A DNA stretch of 64,000 nucleotides from an uncultured Chloroflexia bacterium (GTDB taxonomy: Bacteria > Chloroflexota > Limnocylindria > Limnocylindrales > CSP1-4): positions 672,001 through 736,000 of the forward strand of contig CAWHXD010000019.1 in assembly GCA_963833225.1 (NCBI GenBank). Direction: 5' to 3'. Positions 18,821 to 28,111 of this stretch are shown in pieces. The position numbers were made by a program, and so were the translations under genes. How positions within the stretch are numbered: position 1 is the first letter of the stretch; every line of letters starts with the position of its first letter. The notes under the pieces are model-generated. The model saw only the letters and a program-made list of their open reading frames with translations. It ran no database searches and was not told the DNA's origin.

Positions 18821-20020
18821 GTGCAGCGAGTCGTCGTCCTGGGCGGCGGCGTTGGCGGCACCCTCTCCGCCAACCTCATCGCCCGCAAGCTCAAGCGCCA
18901 GATCGCAGCCGGCGCCGCGTCCGTGACCGTGGTCGATGTGACCGGGGTGCACGCCTACCAGCCCGGGTACATGTACATCGCCATGGGCCAGGAGCGCGCC
19001 AGCAGGCTCGTCCGGCCCGAGAAGAAGCTCCTGGACAAGAACGTCGAGCTGGTGGTCGACAAGATCACGCGCATCGACACGGCGACCCAGACGGTGTCGC
19101 TCGGTTCGGGCGCGGAGCTCGGCTACGAGCAGCTCGTCATCGCGACGGGATCCCGGATCGTGCCCGAGGACCTGCCGAACTTCGACTCGCAGGCCCATCA
19201 CTTCTACAGCGCCGAGGCGGCCTCCCGTCTGCGGACGGCGCTCGACGCGTTCGACGGTGGCAAGATCGTGATCGGGATCGCCGGCATCCCCTACAAGTGC
19301 CCGCCGGCGCCGCTCGAGGTCGCGTTCCTGATCGAGTCCGAGCTGCGCGAACGCGGTCTGCGTGACAAGACCGAGATCACGTTCCTGTCGCCCATCAACC
19401 GCGCGTTCACCATCGAGAGCGTGTCCGAGATGGTCACCCCGATCTTCGAGGAGAAGGGGATCAGGCTGGAGCTGCTCGCGGGCGTGGGCGAGATCGACGC
19501 CGAGCGCAAGGTCGTGGTCACCGATGCCTTCGAGGAGCACCCGTACAACCTGCTGATCTGCGTGCCGCCCCACAAGGGCGCCCAGGCGCTGATCGACTCG
19601 GGGCTCACGCCCAAGTCGGGATGGCTGCCCACTGACCGCCAGACCCTCCAGGTCAAGACGGTCGCCAAGCCCGCGCCCGGCCAGGCCGACGAGGACATCC
19701 CGCGCTTCCCCAACATCTACGCCCTGGGTGACACCACGGACCTGCCGCTGTCCAAGGCCGGGTCCACGGCCCATTTCGAGGCGCCGATCATCGCCGAGCG
19801 GATCGCGGCCGCCGTCGAGGGCCGCGAGCCCGAGGGCAAGGACGCGGCCTACACCGGCAAGGTCATGTGCTTCTTCGAGGTCGGTGACGGGAAGGGCACC
19901 CTGCTCCAGTTCGACTACGACCATCCCCCCAAGCCGCCCAAGCCCGGCAGGCTGTGGCACCTGGGCAAGGTGATCTTCAACAAGACGTACTGGCACACCG
20001 TGCCCAAGGGCCGCGTCTAG
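18821..20020 (+). CDS. sqr: Sulfide:quinone oxidoreductase-like flavoprotein (type III-like)
   Basis: VVVLGGGVGG, YQPG, LVIATG, YKCPPAP, YALGD, KAGSTAH, second Cys in VMCFFE. Confidence 0.78.
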   Translation: MQRVVVLGGGVGGTLSANLIARKLKRQIAAGAASVTVVDVTGVHAYQPGYMYIAMGQERASRLVRPEKKLLDKNVELVVDKITRIDTATQTVSLGSGAELGYEQLVIATGSRIVPEDLPNFDSQAHHFYSAEAASRLRTALDAFDGGKIVIGIAGIPYKCPPAPLEVAFLIESELRERGLRDKTEITFLSPINRAFTIESVSEMVTPIFEEKGIRLELLAGVGEIDAERKVVVTDAFEEHPYNLLICVPPHKGAQALIDSGLTPKSGWLPTDRQTLQVKTVAKPAPGQADEDIPRFPNIYALGDTTDLPLSKAGSTAHFEAPIIAERIAAAVEGREPEGKDAAYTGKVMCFFEVGDGKGTLLQFDYDHPPKPPKPGRLWHLGKVIFNKTYWHTVPKGRV

Positions 20021-20122
20021 CGCGTCCGTCTCGGCCGGGCGTCGAGTCTCAGGGAGGCAAGTTTCATCCCGCTACAATCCGGGCGTGAACCACTCCTGCT
20101 CCCACCAACCCGTGGCCGCCCC

Positions 20123-21466
20123 GTGAGCGGCCACGTCTTCCGCCGGTCCTCCGTGCCCGAGCCGCCGGTTGCGACCAGCGCACGTGGCTCCACGATCACC
20201 GACACCGAGGGGCGCGAGTATCTCGATGCCGCCGGCGGTGCGGTGGTGGTCAACGTCGGCCACGGACGGCGCGAGATCGCCGATGCCATCGCGGACCAGT
20301 CGGCCCGCCTCTCGTACGCGCATGGCTCCGCGTTCACCACGGAGGCCCTGGAGCGGTATGCGGGCGAGGTGGGGGAGCGGCTCCCGGTCGACGAGCCGTA
20401 CCTGTACCCCGTCTCGGGCGGGTCGGAGGCGATCGAGACCGCGCTCAAGCTGGCGCGCGCGGCGCAGCTCGCGCGTGGCGAGCCGGGCCGGAGCGTGGTG
20501 TTCGCCCGCTGGGGCTCCTACCACGGGAACACCCTTGGAGCCCTCGACCTCTCGGGACGCAAGTCCCTGCGCCGCCCGTACGAGCCATGGCTGGGCCGGT
20601 TCCGGCACGTCTCCGCCGCGTACCCGTACCGGGCCGCGGACCCGGGGGCGCTGGCGCTCGGGTCCGCGGAGGCACTGGCCTCCGAGCTGGAGGCGGCGAT
20701 CCGGGAGGCCGGCCCGTCCACGGTCGCGGCATTCGTCGCCGAGCCCATCGTGGGCGCGACGCTGGGTGCCGTGGAACCGCCGGAGGGCTACTGGCCGGCC
20801 ATCGCGGACGTCTGCCGGCGCCACGGCGTCCTGCTCATCGCGGATGAGGTCATGACCGGGTTCGGGCGGACCGGGGCCTGGTTCGGCATGGATCACTTCG
20901 GTGTGCGGCCGGACATGGTCGTCGCCGCGAAGGGCGCGACCTCGGGCTACTGGCCGTTCGGGTTCGTGGCGGCCTCCGGCGAGGTGCGCGACCAGGTGGT
21001 GAACGGCGGTGGGTTCGTCCACGGGTTCACCTACTCGCATCAGCCGGTGGCGGCGACCGTGGCCCGCGAGGTGCTGCGGATCCTCGAGACGGAGTCGCTC
21101 GTCGAGGCCTCCCGCGTCAAGGGCCAGCGGCTCAAGGCCCTGCTCGGAGCCCGGCTCGGGAGTCATCCGGCCATGGGCGACATCCGCGGTCGCGGGCTGA
21201 TGGTCGGCGTGGAGCTGGTGCGCGATCGGGCCACGAAGGCGCCCTACCCCCGGTCCGCGAAGCTCGTGGAGCGAGTGGTCCGGATCGCCCGCGAGCGCGG
21301 CTTGCTGCTCTACTCGGGGACCGGCAACGCGAATGGGGTCGACGGCGACATCGTCCTGCTGGGCCCGCCGTTCGTGGTCACCGAGACCGAGCTTGGCCGG
21401 ATCGCCGATGGGCTGGGCGAAGCGCTCGATGCCGCGCTGATGGAGCTGGCCGCGCTCGGAGCCTGA
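20123..21466 (+). CDS. Class III PLP-dependent aminotransferase
   Basis: SGGSEA, SYHGNT, EPIVG, IADEVMTGFGRTG, AKG, HGFTY. Confidence 0.92.
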   Translation: MSGHVFRRSSVPEPPVATSARGSTITDTEGREYLDAAGGAVVVNVGHGRREIADAIADQSARLSYAHGSAFTTEALERYAGEVGERLPVDEPYLYPVSGGSEAIETALKLARAAQLARGEPGRSVVFARWGSYHGNTLGALDLSGRKSLRRPYEPWLGRFRHVSAAYPYRAADPGALALGSAEALASELEAAIREAGPSTVAAFVAEPIVGATLGAVEPPEGYWPAIADVCRRHGVLLIADEVMTGFGRTGAWFGMDHFGVRPDMVVAAKGATSGYWPFGFVAASGEVRDQVVNGGGFVHGFTYSHQPVAATVAREVLRILETESLVEASRVKGQRLKALLGARLGSHPAMGDIRGRGLMVGVELVRDRATKAPYPRSAKLVERVVRIARERGLLLYSGTGNANGVDGDIVLLGPPFVVTETELGRIADGLGEALDAALMELAALGA

Positions 21467-21509
21467 GCGCGTCTCGTCGCGGGCGACGCCCGCCGCTCGC
21501 TCGTGCGGA

Positions 21510-22070
21510 CTACCGGCGCGCGGATCCCGCCCGGACGAGCAGCAGCCCACCGAGCACCACGAGGAGGATCGGCCAGACCAGGTCGTTGAAGCCGGGGACC
21601 GCGTACGACGAGCCGCCGATGAGGGCGAGCAGCGCTCCCAGGCCAACCTGCCAGCCGATCCCGCCGCCACTGGCCGCCCGCACCAGCGCGATGAACAGGA
21701 ACGCAACGCCCAGGCACAGCGTTCCGAGCCCCGACTCGTCGGGGACACCGGACGCGATCAACAGGTCCGGCGCGGCGAGGGCGGTGATGATCGAGCCCAG
21801 GTACAGCGATCCCATGCCCCGGTTCACGAGCCACGAGACGAGGAACGCGACCCCCACCGCCAGGAACAGCAGCGAGCCGGCCGTCTCGAGCGCCGGGAAC
21901 GCCAGCCGGAGCAGCAGGAGCGCCCCGAACACGACGAGGAAGATCCCGAACCACGGCAGCCGTCCTCGGCCGGCCGGCCCGCCGAGATCGGTCCATTCCC
22001 ACGCGTACGCCCGACCCCCACCCCCGGAGATCACGTTGCCGCTCAATGGCTGGTCGCGCCGGTCGGTCAT
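21510..22070 (-). CDS. Hypothetical integral membrane protein (LiaF/LiaI-like hydrophobic repeats)
   Basis: About six hydrophobic segments; WFGIFLVVFGALLLL and WPILLVVLG; AGGAGG RBS. Confidence 0.65.
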   Translation of the reverse strand: MTDRRDQPLSGNVISGGGGRAYAWEWTDLGGPAGRGRLPWFGIFLVVFGALLLLRLAFPALETAGSLLFLAVGVAFLVSWLVNRGMGSLYLGSIITALAAPDLLIASGVPDESGLGTLCLGVAFLFIALVRAASGGGIGWQVGLGALLALIGGSSYAVPGFNDLVWPILLVVLGGLLLVRAGSARR

Positions 22071-22162
22071 CAGGTCCTCCTGTCGTCGCTCTGCAGGGTA
22101 CCGTCTCAGCTCGCGGATGGAGGCTGCATCGGCCACCCACGCGGGACTAGGATTCGGTCGAG

Positions 22163-23101
22163 ATGCCGCACGTCATGACCGTCCAGGGCCCGGTCGACCC
22201 TTCGACCCTGGGGTTCATCCTTCCCCACGAACACACCCAGTGCACCCTGTGGCACATCCCGAACCGCTGGGACTACTGGGAGCTCACGCCGGACGAGCCG
22301 ATCATCCTCGAGGAGCTCGCCGCGCTCAAGGCGACGGGCGGCACACTGCTCGCAGACCTGACCCTGCCCGGGATCGGCCGGGATCCGCTGTGGCTGCGCC
22401 GGATCAGCGAGCGCAGCGGGATCCACGTCGTCATGGGCGGGGGCTGGTACCGCACCGCGTACTACCCGCCCGAGACGCTGATCGAGAAGCGCTCGGTCGA
22501 CTCGCTGGCCGAGGAGCTGGTCCACGATGCCACCGTCGGCGTGGGCGACACGGGGATCCGGATCGGCATCCTGGGTGAGATCGGGACCGACAAGCCGTGG
22601 GTCACGCCGTCCGAGGAGCGCGTGTTCCGGGCCGTGGCCCGCTGCGCCCGGCGGACGGGCCTCGCGATCTCCACCCACGCCATCCTGTCGGATGTCGGGG
22701 CCGCCCAGCTGACGATCCTCGAGGAGGAGGGCGTCGACCCCGGACGGGTCGTCATCGGCCACGCCGACAGCTATCCGATCCTGGATCACTACCTGTCGCT
22801 GATCTCACGGGGAGCGTCGATCGAGTTCGACATGCTGGGCATGTCGTTCTCGCCGCAGGAGGAGTACGGCGAGGGCCGGGTCATCGACCTCCTGCTGGAG
22901 CTGGTGGACCGCGGCCATGCCGACCGGATCCTGCTCAGCCACGACGTCTGCCACAACAGCCAGCTGCGGCATTACGAGGGCCACGGCTACACGTACCTGA
23001 CCTCGACATTCCTGCCGCGGCTGCGCGAGCGCGGGCTGGGCGAGGCCGAGATCGACCAGATCACGAGGGTGAACCCACGGCGCCTGCTCACGATCGGGTA
23101 G
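22163..23101 (+). CDS. Phosphotriesterase-family amidohydrolase (PHP-like)
   Basis: HEH, GEIG, STHA, IGHAD, LLSHD, NPRRLL. Confidence 0.9.
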   Translation: MPHVMTVQGPVDPSTLGFILPHEHTQCTLWHIPNRWDYWELTPDEPIILEELAALKATGGTLLADLTLPGIGRDPLWLRRISERSGIHVVMGGGWYRTAYYPPETLIEKRSVDSLAEELVHDATVGVGDTGIRIGILGEIGTDKPWVTPSEERVFRAVARCARRTGLAISTHAILSDVGAAQLTILEEEGVDPGRVVIGHADSYPILDHYLSLISRGASIEFDMLGMSFSPQEEYGEGRVIDLLLELVDRGHADRILLSHDVCHNSQLRHYEGHGYTYLTSTFLPRLRERGLGEAEIDQITRVNPRRLLTIG

Positions 23102-23132
23102 GCGGCCCTCCGGTCGAGCGTGATGGCGCGGG

Positions 23133-23537
23133 CTACGCGGGACTGGTCATCCGGGAACCGAGCACCACGAGAGCAAGCACGAGCACGGTGATCACTGCAA
23201 CCGGGATCAGCGCCCTGATCCACTCACGCGTACTGACCGCCGCCAGCTCGATCGGTGCCGGCGAGGCGACCGCCTCCAGCCACAAGGCTCCGCGATCCGC
23301 GTTCGACGGGTGACGGCGATACCACCAGACGCCCACGGCGAGGAGGCCGGCCATGACTGCGATCGAGCCGGACAGCCGGAACTCGCTCGGCAGCACCGTG
23401 AACAGCACCGAGAGACCGAGGTAATAGGCGAAGAAGACCGCGCCGTTGCGGATGGTCACTGAGAGAGGTTGTCGTGGCGCGCGGAAGAGAGTGGCAAGGA
23501 CGACGGCCGTCCCAAGTGCGACGAGGAAGAAGTCCAC
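23133..23537 (-). CDS. Hypothetical membrane protein
   Basis: Four hydrophobic segments; AAGGAGG RBS before GTG; looks less GC-biased than neighbours. Confidence 0.55.
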   Translation of the reverse strand: MDFFLVALGTAVVLATLFRAPRQPLSVTIRNGAVFFAYYLGLSVLFTVLPSEFRLSGSIAVMAGLLAVGVWWYRRHPSNADRGALWLEAVASPAPIELAAVSTREWIRALIPVAVITVLVLALVVLGSRMTSPA

Positions 23538-23861
23538 CGTTCCTCCTTGTTCCTGTCCGCTTGCGAGGCTGAATGACCTGGCCCGCGCGGCGCAACCTGC
23601 CGAAGGTCACCTTGGGATCCAGCACGTGCCGCAGCGACGGCTCCGGCAAGCGACCCGGTCGGCGCCGACAGCGGCCGTTGCCCTGCAGTCCACGATTTCG
23701 CCGCCGAGCCCAGTCCATTGGCTGACGGGGACCGAATCGTGGACCGCCAGCCCACGGAACCCGGGACGAAGGCTGGTCTGTGGCATGTCAGTCAGCGGAA
23801 TCGCCGCCACTGGCATCCCAGGGGTGGATTCGTGGCCCAGCACTCAACGGGCGGGTGGTCG

Positions 23862-23913
23862 CCAGCCCCGACGACCAGCCCCGACGACCAGCCCCGACGA
23901 CCAGCCCCGACGA
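23862..23913. repeat. Tandem repeat of the 13-bp unit CCAGCCCCGACGA, 4 copies
   Basis: Units at 23862, 23875, 23888, 23901, just downstream of the osmC stop. Confidence 0.95.
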
Positions 23914-23924
23914 CGACGCCGGAG

Positions 23925-24365
23925 CTAGACGAGGGACGCGTCCACCGATAGCTCGACGTTGCCCTTCAGCGCACCGGAGACCGGGCAGCCGTCCTTGGCC
24001 GCGTTGGCCAGCTCCACGAACTTCGTCTCGTCGATGCCCTCGACCGTTCCCCGCACCGTCAACTCGCTCTTGGCGATCTTCCAGCCCGCGTCCGTCTTGT
24101 CGAACGTGACCACCGCCTTGACGTCCAGCGCGGTGGCGGGCGTCGAGTTGCGCGCAAGCTGGGCCGAGAAGGCCATCGAGAAGCACGCCGCGTGGGCCGC
24201 GGCGATGAGCTCTTCGGGGCTGGTCTTGCCGTTGTGCTCCTCGGTCCGGGCAGCCCAGCTGACCGGCAGCCGCGAGAACGCCCCGGACGAGACGTAGTTG
24301 ATCGTGCCACTGCCGCTCTGCAGGTCACCGTTCCAGGTCACCTCCGCGGATCGCGAGACAGCCAT
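23925..24365 (-). CDS. osmC: OsmC family peroxiredoxin
   Basis: WNGDL..GSG, TSPEELIAAAHAACFSMA, AKDGCPVS. Confidence 0.92.
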   Translation of the reverse strand: MAVSRSAEVTWNGDLQSGSGTINYVSSGAFSRLPVSWAARTEEHNGKTSPEELIAAAHAACFSMAFSAQLARNSTPATALDVKAVVTFDKTDAGWKIAKSELTVRGTVEGIDETKFVELANAAKDGCPVSGALKGNVELSVDASLV

Positions 24366-24419
24366 CGAAACCTCCTTGGCGTCGAATTCGTGATGGGGTC
24401 TGAAGAGACTACCTGAAGC

Positions 24420-27400
24420 TCAGACCGTGCCGCCAACGCTCGGCTGTCGCCAGCTGCGGCTGCGGGCGCCGTCCACCAGCGAGTACACCACCGGGACCAC
24501 CAGCAGGGTCAGGAAGGTCGAGCTGAACAGGCCGCCGATGACGACCGTGCCGAGCTCCGCGGCGATGATCGAGCCCTGGTTGAATCCCGCGGCGAGCGGG
24601 ACCAGGGCCAGGATCGTCGCGATGGCCGTCATGAGGATCGGTCTCACCCGGGTCCGTCCGCCCTCGATCAGCGCCTCGGTCGTGGACATGCCCTGCGCGC
24701 GCAGCCGTTCGACGAGGTCGAGGAGCACGATGGCGTTGGTCACCACGATCCCGATCAGCATCAGGAAGCCGATCAGGGCGCTCACGCCAAGCGGCCGTCC
24801 GGTGAAGAACAGCGCCGGGAAGGCGCCGATCGTCGCGAGCGGCAGGCTGAACAGGATGATGAACGGGGTGACGAGCGAGTTGAAGGTGAGCACCATCGCC
24901 ACGTAGACCACCAGGACCGCCACGGCCATCGACACGAACAGCCCGCCGAACGCCTCGTTCATCTGCTCGGTGACGCCCGCGAGGCTGACGTCGACGCCTT
25001 CCGGGATCTTGCCGGCCGCCACGAGGGCGTCGATCTCGGCCTGGACGTCCGTGCTGACCTGGCCGGTGTTGTCGCTGGCGATCTCGGCCGAGATCGAGGC
25101 GGCGGGGGACTCGTCGATCCGGGTGATGGAGCCCTGGGTGTTGACCTGGTCCACGGTGGCCACGGAGTCGAGGCGGACCTTGGTCACGGCGCCGACCGGC
25201 AGCGATCGCAGGGCCTCCACGGATGCCAGCGCCTTGGGGTCGACCTGGACGAACACGTCGGTCCCATCGCCGCCGATCGTGATCCTGGTGGCGACGCTGC
25301 CCACGAGGGCGGCCCGGACCTCCTGCGCGACCTGCGCCCCCGTGAGGCCGACCATGATCGACTTGTTGGGATCGGGGACGACCTGGATCTCGGGCGTCGC
25401 CTTTGATAGGTCGGACTTGAGGTTGAGCAGCTCCGGGTTGTCCGACAGGGCCTCGACGACGACCTCGGTGGCCGCGGCGACCGCCTCGGCGTCGGCCCCG
25501 GAGACGATCACGTTGAGCCCGTTGGATGAGAACCCCGCCAGCTGGGCGACCGCGACGTCGAAGCCGCCGGTCTTGACCGGGGCCAGCGAGTCGGACAGCA
25601 CCTTGGCGTACTCGTTGAGATCGACGTCGGGCGCCAGCCGGACGGTGATCCGGGCGCTGTTGGCGGGCCGCCCGCTCTGGGCGGCGACGATGGTCTGGAA
25701 GCCCGCGTCCCCTTCGCCCGGGATCGAGGTCTGGACAAGGAGAACGTTGGGGTCCGCCGCGAGGATCTCCTCGGCCTGGCTGGTGCGCTCGAGGACCGCG
25801 TCCGAGCTGGTGCCGGGGGGCGGCGCGACGGTGACCGACAGCAGCTTCTCGGAGCCGGCGTTGATGAACGCCGTGGGCAGCAGCGGGGCGAGCGCACCTG
25901 TCGCGACGAACATGGCCAGCGACACCGCGACCACGCCGATCTTGGTCCAGCGGCTGCGGAGGGCGAAGGTGATCGTGGGGGTGTACGCACGGATCCAGAA
26001 CGAGTTCCGGGGCTCGCCGTCCTCGTCGACGTTGAGCTTGACCCGGTCGATGACCAGGTAGGCGAGGACCGGCACGACCGTCAGCGCGCAGACCAGCGAG
26101 GCCACCAGCGCGAAGGTCACCGTCAGGGCGAACGGCAGGAAGAACTGGGACACGAGGCCACCCACGAAGCCCAGCGGCAGGAACACGCCGACGGTGGTGA
26201 CCGTGGCCGCGGTGATCGCCCCGGCAACCTCCCTCGGTCCGCGGATCGCCGCCGTCAGGCGGTCCTCACCGAGCGCGCGGTGGCGGTAGATGTTCTCGAG
26301 CACCACGATCGCGTCGTCGACCACCCGGCCGACGGCGACCGCCAGTCCTCCCAGGGTCATGATGTTCAGGCTGACGCCGGTCAGCTGCATGACCACGAGG
26401 GCGGTGAGGATCGAGAGGGGGATGCTCACGGCGGCCACGACCGTGCTCCGGATGCTGAACAGGAACAGGAAGATGGTCAGGACCGCGAACAGGGCCCCGG
26501 TGCCGCCCTCCTGCAGCAGGCCGTCGCGGGACTCCTTGATGAAGCTCGACAGGTCCGAGACGACCGTGATGGACACCAGGCCGGCGTTCTGCTGATCGAG
26601 CTCCGCGAGCTTGGCGGTGACGTCCTCGGCGACCTGGACCGTGTTGGCGTTGGAGGTCTTGGAGACCGAGAGCGAGAGGGCCGGCTTGCCGTCGGTGCGG
26701 GCGTAGCCGGTGGTGGCGACACTGGCGAGCTCGACGGTTCCGAGGTCGCCGATGGTGATCGGTGTGGGCGCGGCCGGAGCCTCGGCGCCCGACGGCGGGG
26801 GCGGAGCCACGACTCCGACAACCAGGGACGCCACCTGCTCGACGCTGTCGATATGCCCGATCGTCGAGACCGGGATCTTGGAGCCCTCGGCGGTGATCTG
26901 CCCCGACGGGAAGGTCAGGTTGTTGGCCGCCAGCACGCCCGTGATCTGGCTGAGGCTGACACCGTTCTGGGCGAGCTTGTCCGGATCCAGCGTGATCAGC
27001 AGGCGCTGCTCCTCGCCGCCGGTGACGTCGACGCTGCCGACGCCCTCGAGGCCCAGCAGGGCCGGCTCGATCGTGTCCTTCGTGATCCGGGCGGCGTCGG
27101 CCAGCCCATCGTCCGTGGTCGCGGCGATCGACGCGATGATCACCGGCGAGGCGTTGATGTTGAGCGCGCTCACCTGCGGGTTGACGGTGCTCGGGAGGCC
27201 GGCGCTCTGGAGGTTCTGCTCGATCGACGCGCGGATCTCCTTGACGTCCGATCCGAACGAGAACTGCGCGACGACCAGGGCGAGCGAGTTGGCCGAGGTG
27301 GACTGGAGCGCCTCCAGCCGCGGCACCCCCGAGATCGCCCGCTCGATCGGCTTGGTCACCTGCTCCGCGACGTCCGCGGCACCGGCGCCCGGCAGCGGGG

Positions 27401-27548
27401 CGATCACGGTGATGACCGGGAACTCGATGTCCGGGAGCAGCTCCTGCTTGAGGTTGCCCCAGGCGAAGATGCCGGCGACGAACAGGGCGGCGGCCAACAG
27501 CAGCGTGACGCTCCGCTTGGCGACGGCGAACTCGGACAGGCGGCTCAT
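24420..27548 (-). CDS. RND (AcrB/SwrC-like) efflux permease
   Basis: 1042 aa; ELLPDIEFP, VGRVVDDAIVVLENI, IGIVVTNAIVL, RVRPILMT. Confidence 0.92.
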   Translation of the reverse strand: MSRLSEFAVAKRSVTLLLAAALFVAGIFAWGNLKQELLPDIEFPVITVIAPLPGAGAADVAEQVTKPIERAISGVPRLEALQSTSANSLALVVAQFSFGSDVKEIRASIEQNLQSAGLPSTVNPQVSALNINASPVIIASIAATTDDGLADAARITKDTIEPALLGLEGVGSVDVTGGEEQRLLITLDPDKLAQNGVSLSQITGVLAANNLTFPSGQITAEGSKIPVSTIGHIDSVEQVASLVVGVVAPPPPSGAEAPAAPTPITIGDLGTVELASVATTGYARTDGKPALSLSVSKTSNANTVQVAEDVTAKLAELDQQNAGLVSITVVSDLSSFIKESRDGLLQEGGTGALFAVLTIFLFLFSIRSTVVAAVSIPLSILTALVVMQLTGVSLNIMTLGGLAVAVGRVVDDAIVVLENIYRHRALGEDRLTAAIRGPREVAGAITAATVTTVGVFLPLGFVGGLVSQFFLPFALTVTFALVASLVCALTVVPVLAYLVIDRVKLNVDEDGEPRNSFWIRAYTPTITFALRSRWTKIGVVAVSLAMFVATGALAPLLPTAFINAGSEKLLSVTVAPPPGTSSDAVLERTSQAEEILAADPNVLLVQTSIPGEGDAGFQTIVAAQSGRPANSARITVRLAPDVDLNEYAKVLSDSLAPVKTGGFDVAVAQLAGFSSNGLNVIVSGADAEAVAAATEVVVEALSDNPELLNLKSDLSKATPEIQVVPDPNKSIMVGLTGAQVAQEVRAALVGSVATRITIGGDGTDVFVQVDPKALASVEALRSLPVGAVTKVRLDSVATVDQVNTQGSITRIDESPAASISAEIASDNTGQVSTDVQAEIDALVAAGKIPEGVDVSLAGVTEQMNEAFGGLFVSMAVAVLVVYVAMVLTFNSLVTPFIILFSLPLATIGAFPALFFTGRPLGVSALIGFLMLIGIVVTNAIVLLDLVERLRAQGMSTTEALIEGGRTRVRPILMTAIATILALVPLAAGFNQGSIIAAELGTVVIGGLFSSTFLTLLVVPVVYSLVDGARSRSWRQPSVGGTV

Positions 27549-28069
27549 CCTGGATCCTTTCGAGTGGCCAGACGGGACGCCGCCCGCACCAGCGCCGCGA
27601 GCGCGTCGCGGAGGAGCGAGAGGTCGCCGTCGTCGAGGACGGCCAGGAGCTCGCGCATCTGGCGGGCGTTGAGCTCCCGGAAGTGGTCGATGAACTGGGC
27701 GCCGGCGGAGGTGAGCCCCACGACGACCTGGCGGCGGTCGGACGGGTCGTCGTGCCGGGTGGCGAGGCCATGGTCGACGAGACGGTCGACGAGGCCACTC
27801 ACCGTGGACAGCGAGACCCCGAGGCGGGCGACGATGCCCGACATGTGGAGATCGCCTTGGGCGCCCAGGAGGTAGAGGAGCTTGGCCTGGGGCATCGTGA
27901 CGTCGATCTCCAGGAACTCCGGGGCATGGCCGTCCGCGAGACGCTGCATGAGGGCCTCGTAGCCGGCGATGACCTCGTCGACGACGATGGCCCGATGCGT
28001 GTCAGCGATGGTGTCGATCCCTTCGGTCGAGGCTGATGCTTCGGTTGCACCAAACCATTCGGCCGACAC
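27545..28069 (-). CDS. MarR family regulator (start uncertain)
   Basis: VTMPQAKLL, STVSGLVDRLV..GL..R..DPSDRRQVVVGLT; ATGA overlap with the RND gene. Confidence 0.85.
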   Translation of the reverse strand: MSAEWFGATEASASTEGIDTIADTHRAIVVDEVIAGYEALMQRLADGHAPEFLEIDVTMPQAKLLYLLGAQGDLHMSGIVARLGVSLSTVSGLVDRLVDHGLATRHDDPSDRRQVVVGLTSAGAQFIDHFRELNARQMRELLAVLDDGDLSLLRDALAALVRAASRLATRKDPG

Positions 28070-28111
28070 GATAGATCGGATTGGAGATCCGTGCGTTGCG
28101 CCCGCGGGCGA

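Noticed and set aside
23607-23843. Cys-containing 78-aa ORF as a possible HNH or zinc-finger remnant
   Set aside because: No coherent motif or RBS; cannot be supported
23862-23913. Possible CRISPR array or IS end
   Set aside because: 13-bp contiguous units, with no spacers, transposase or terminal inverted repeats
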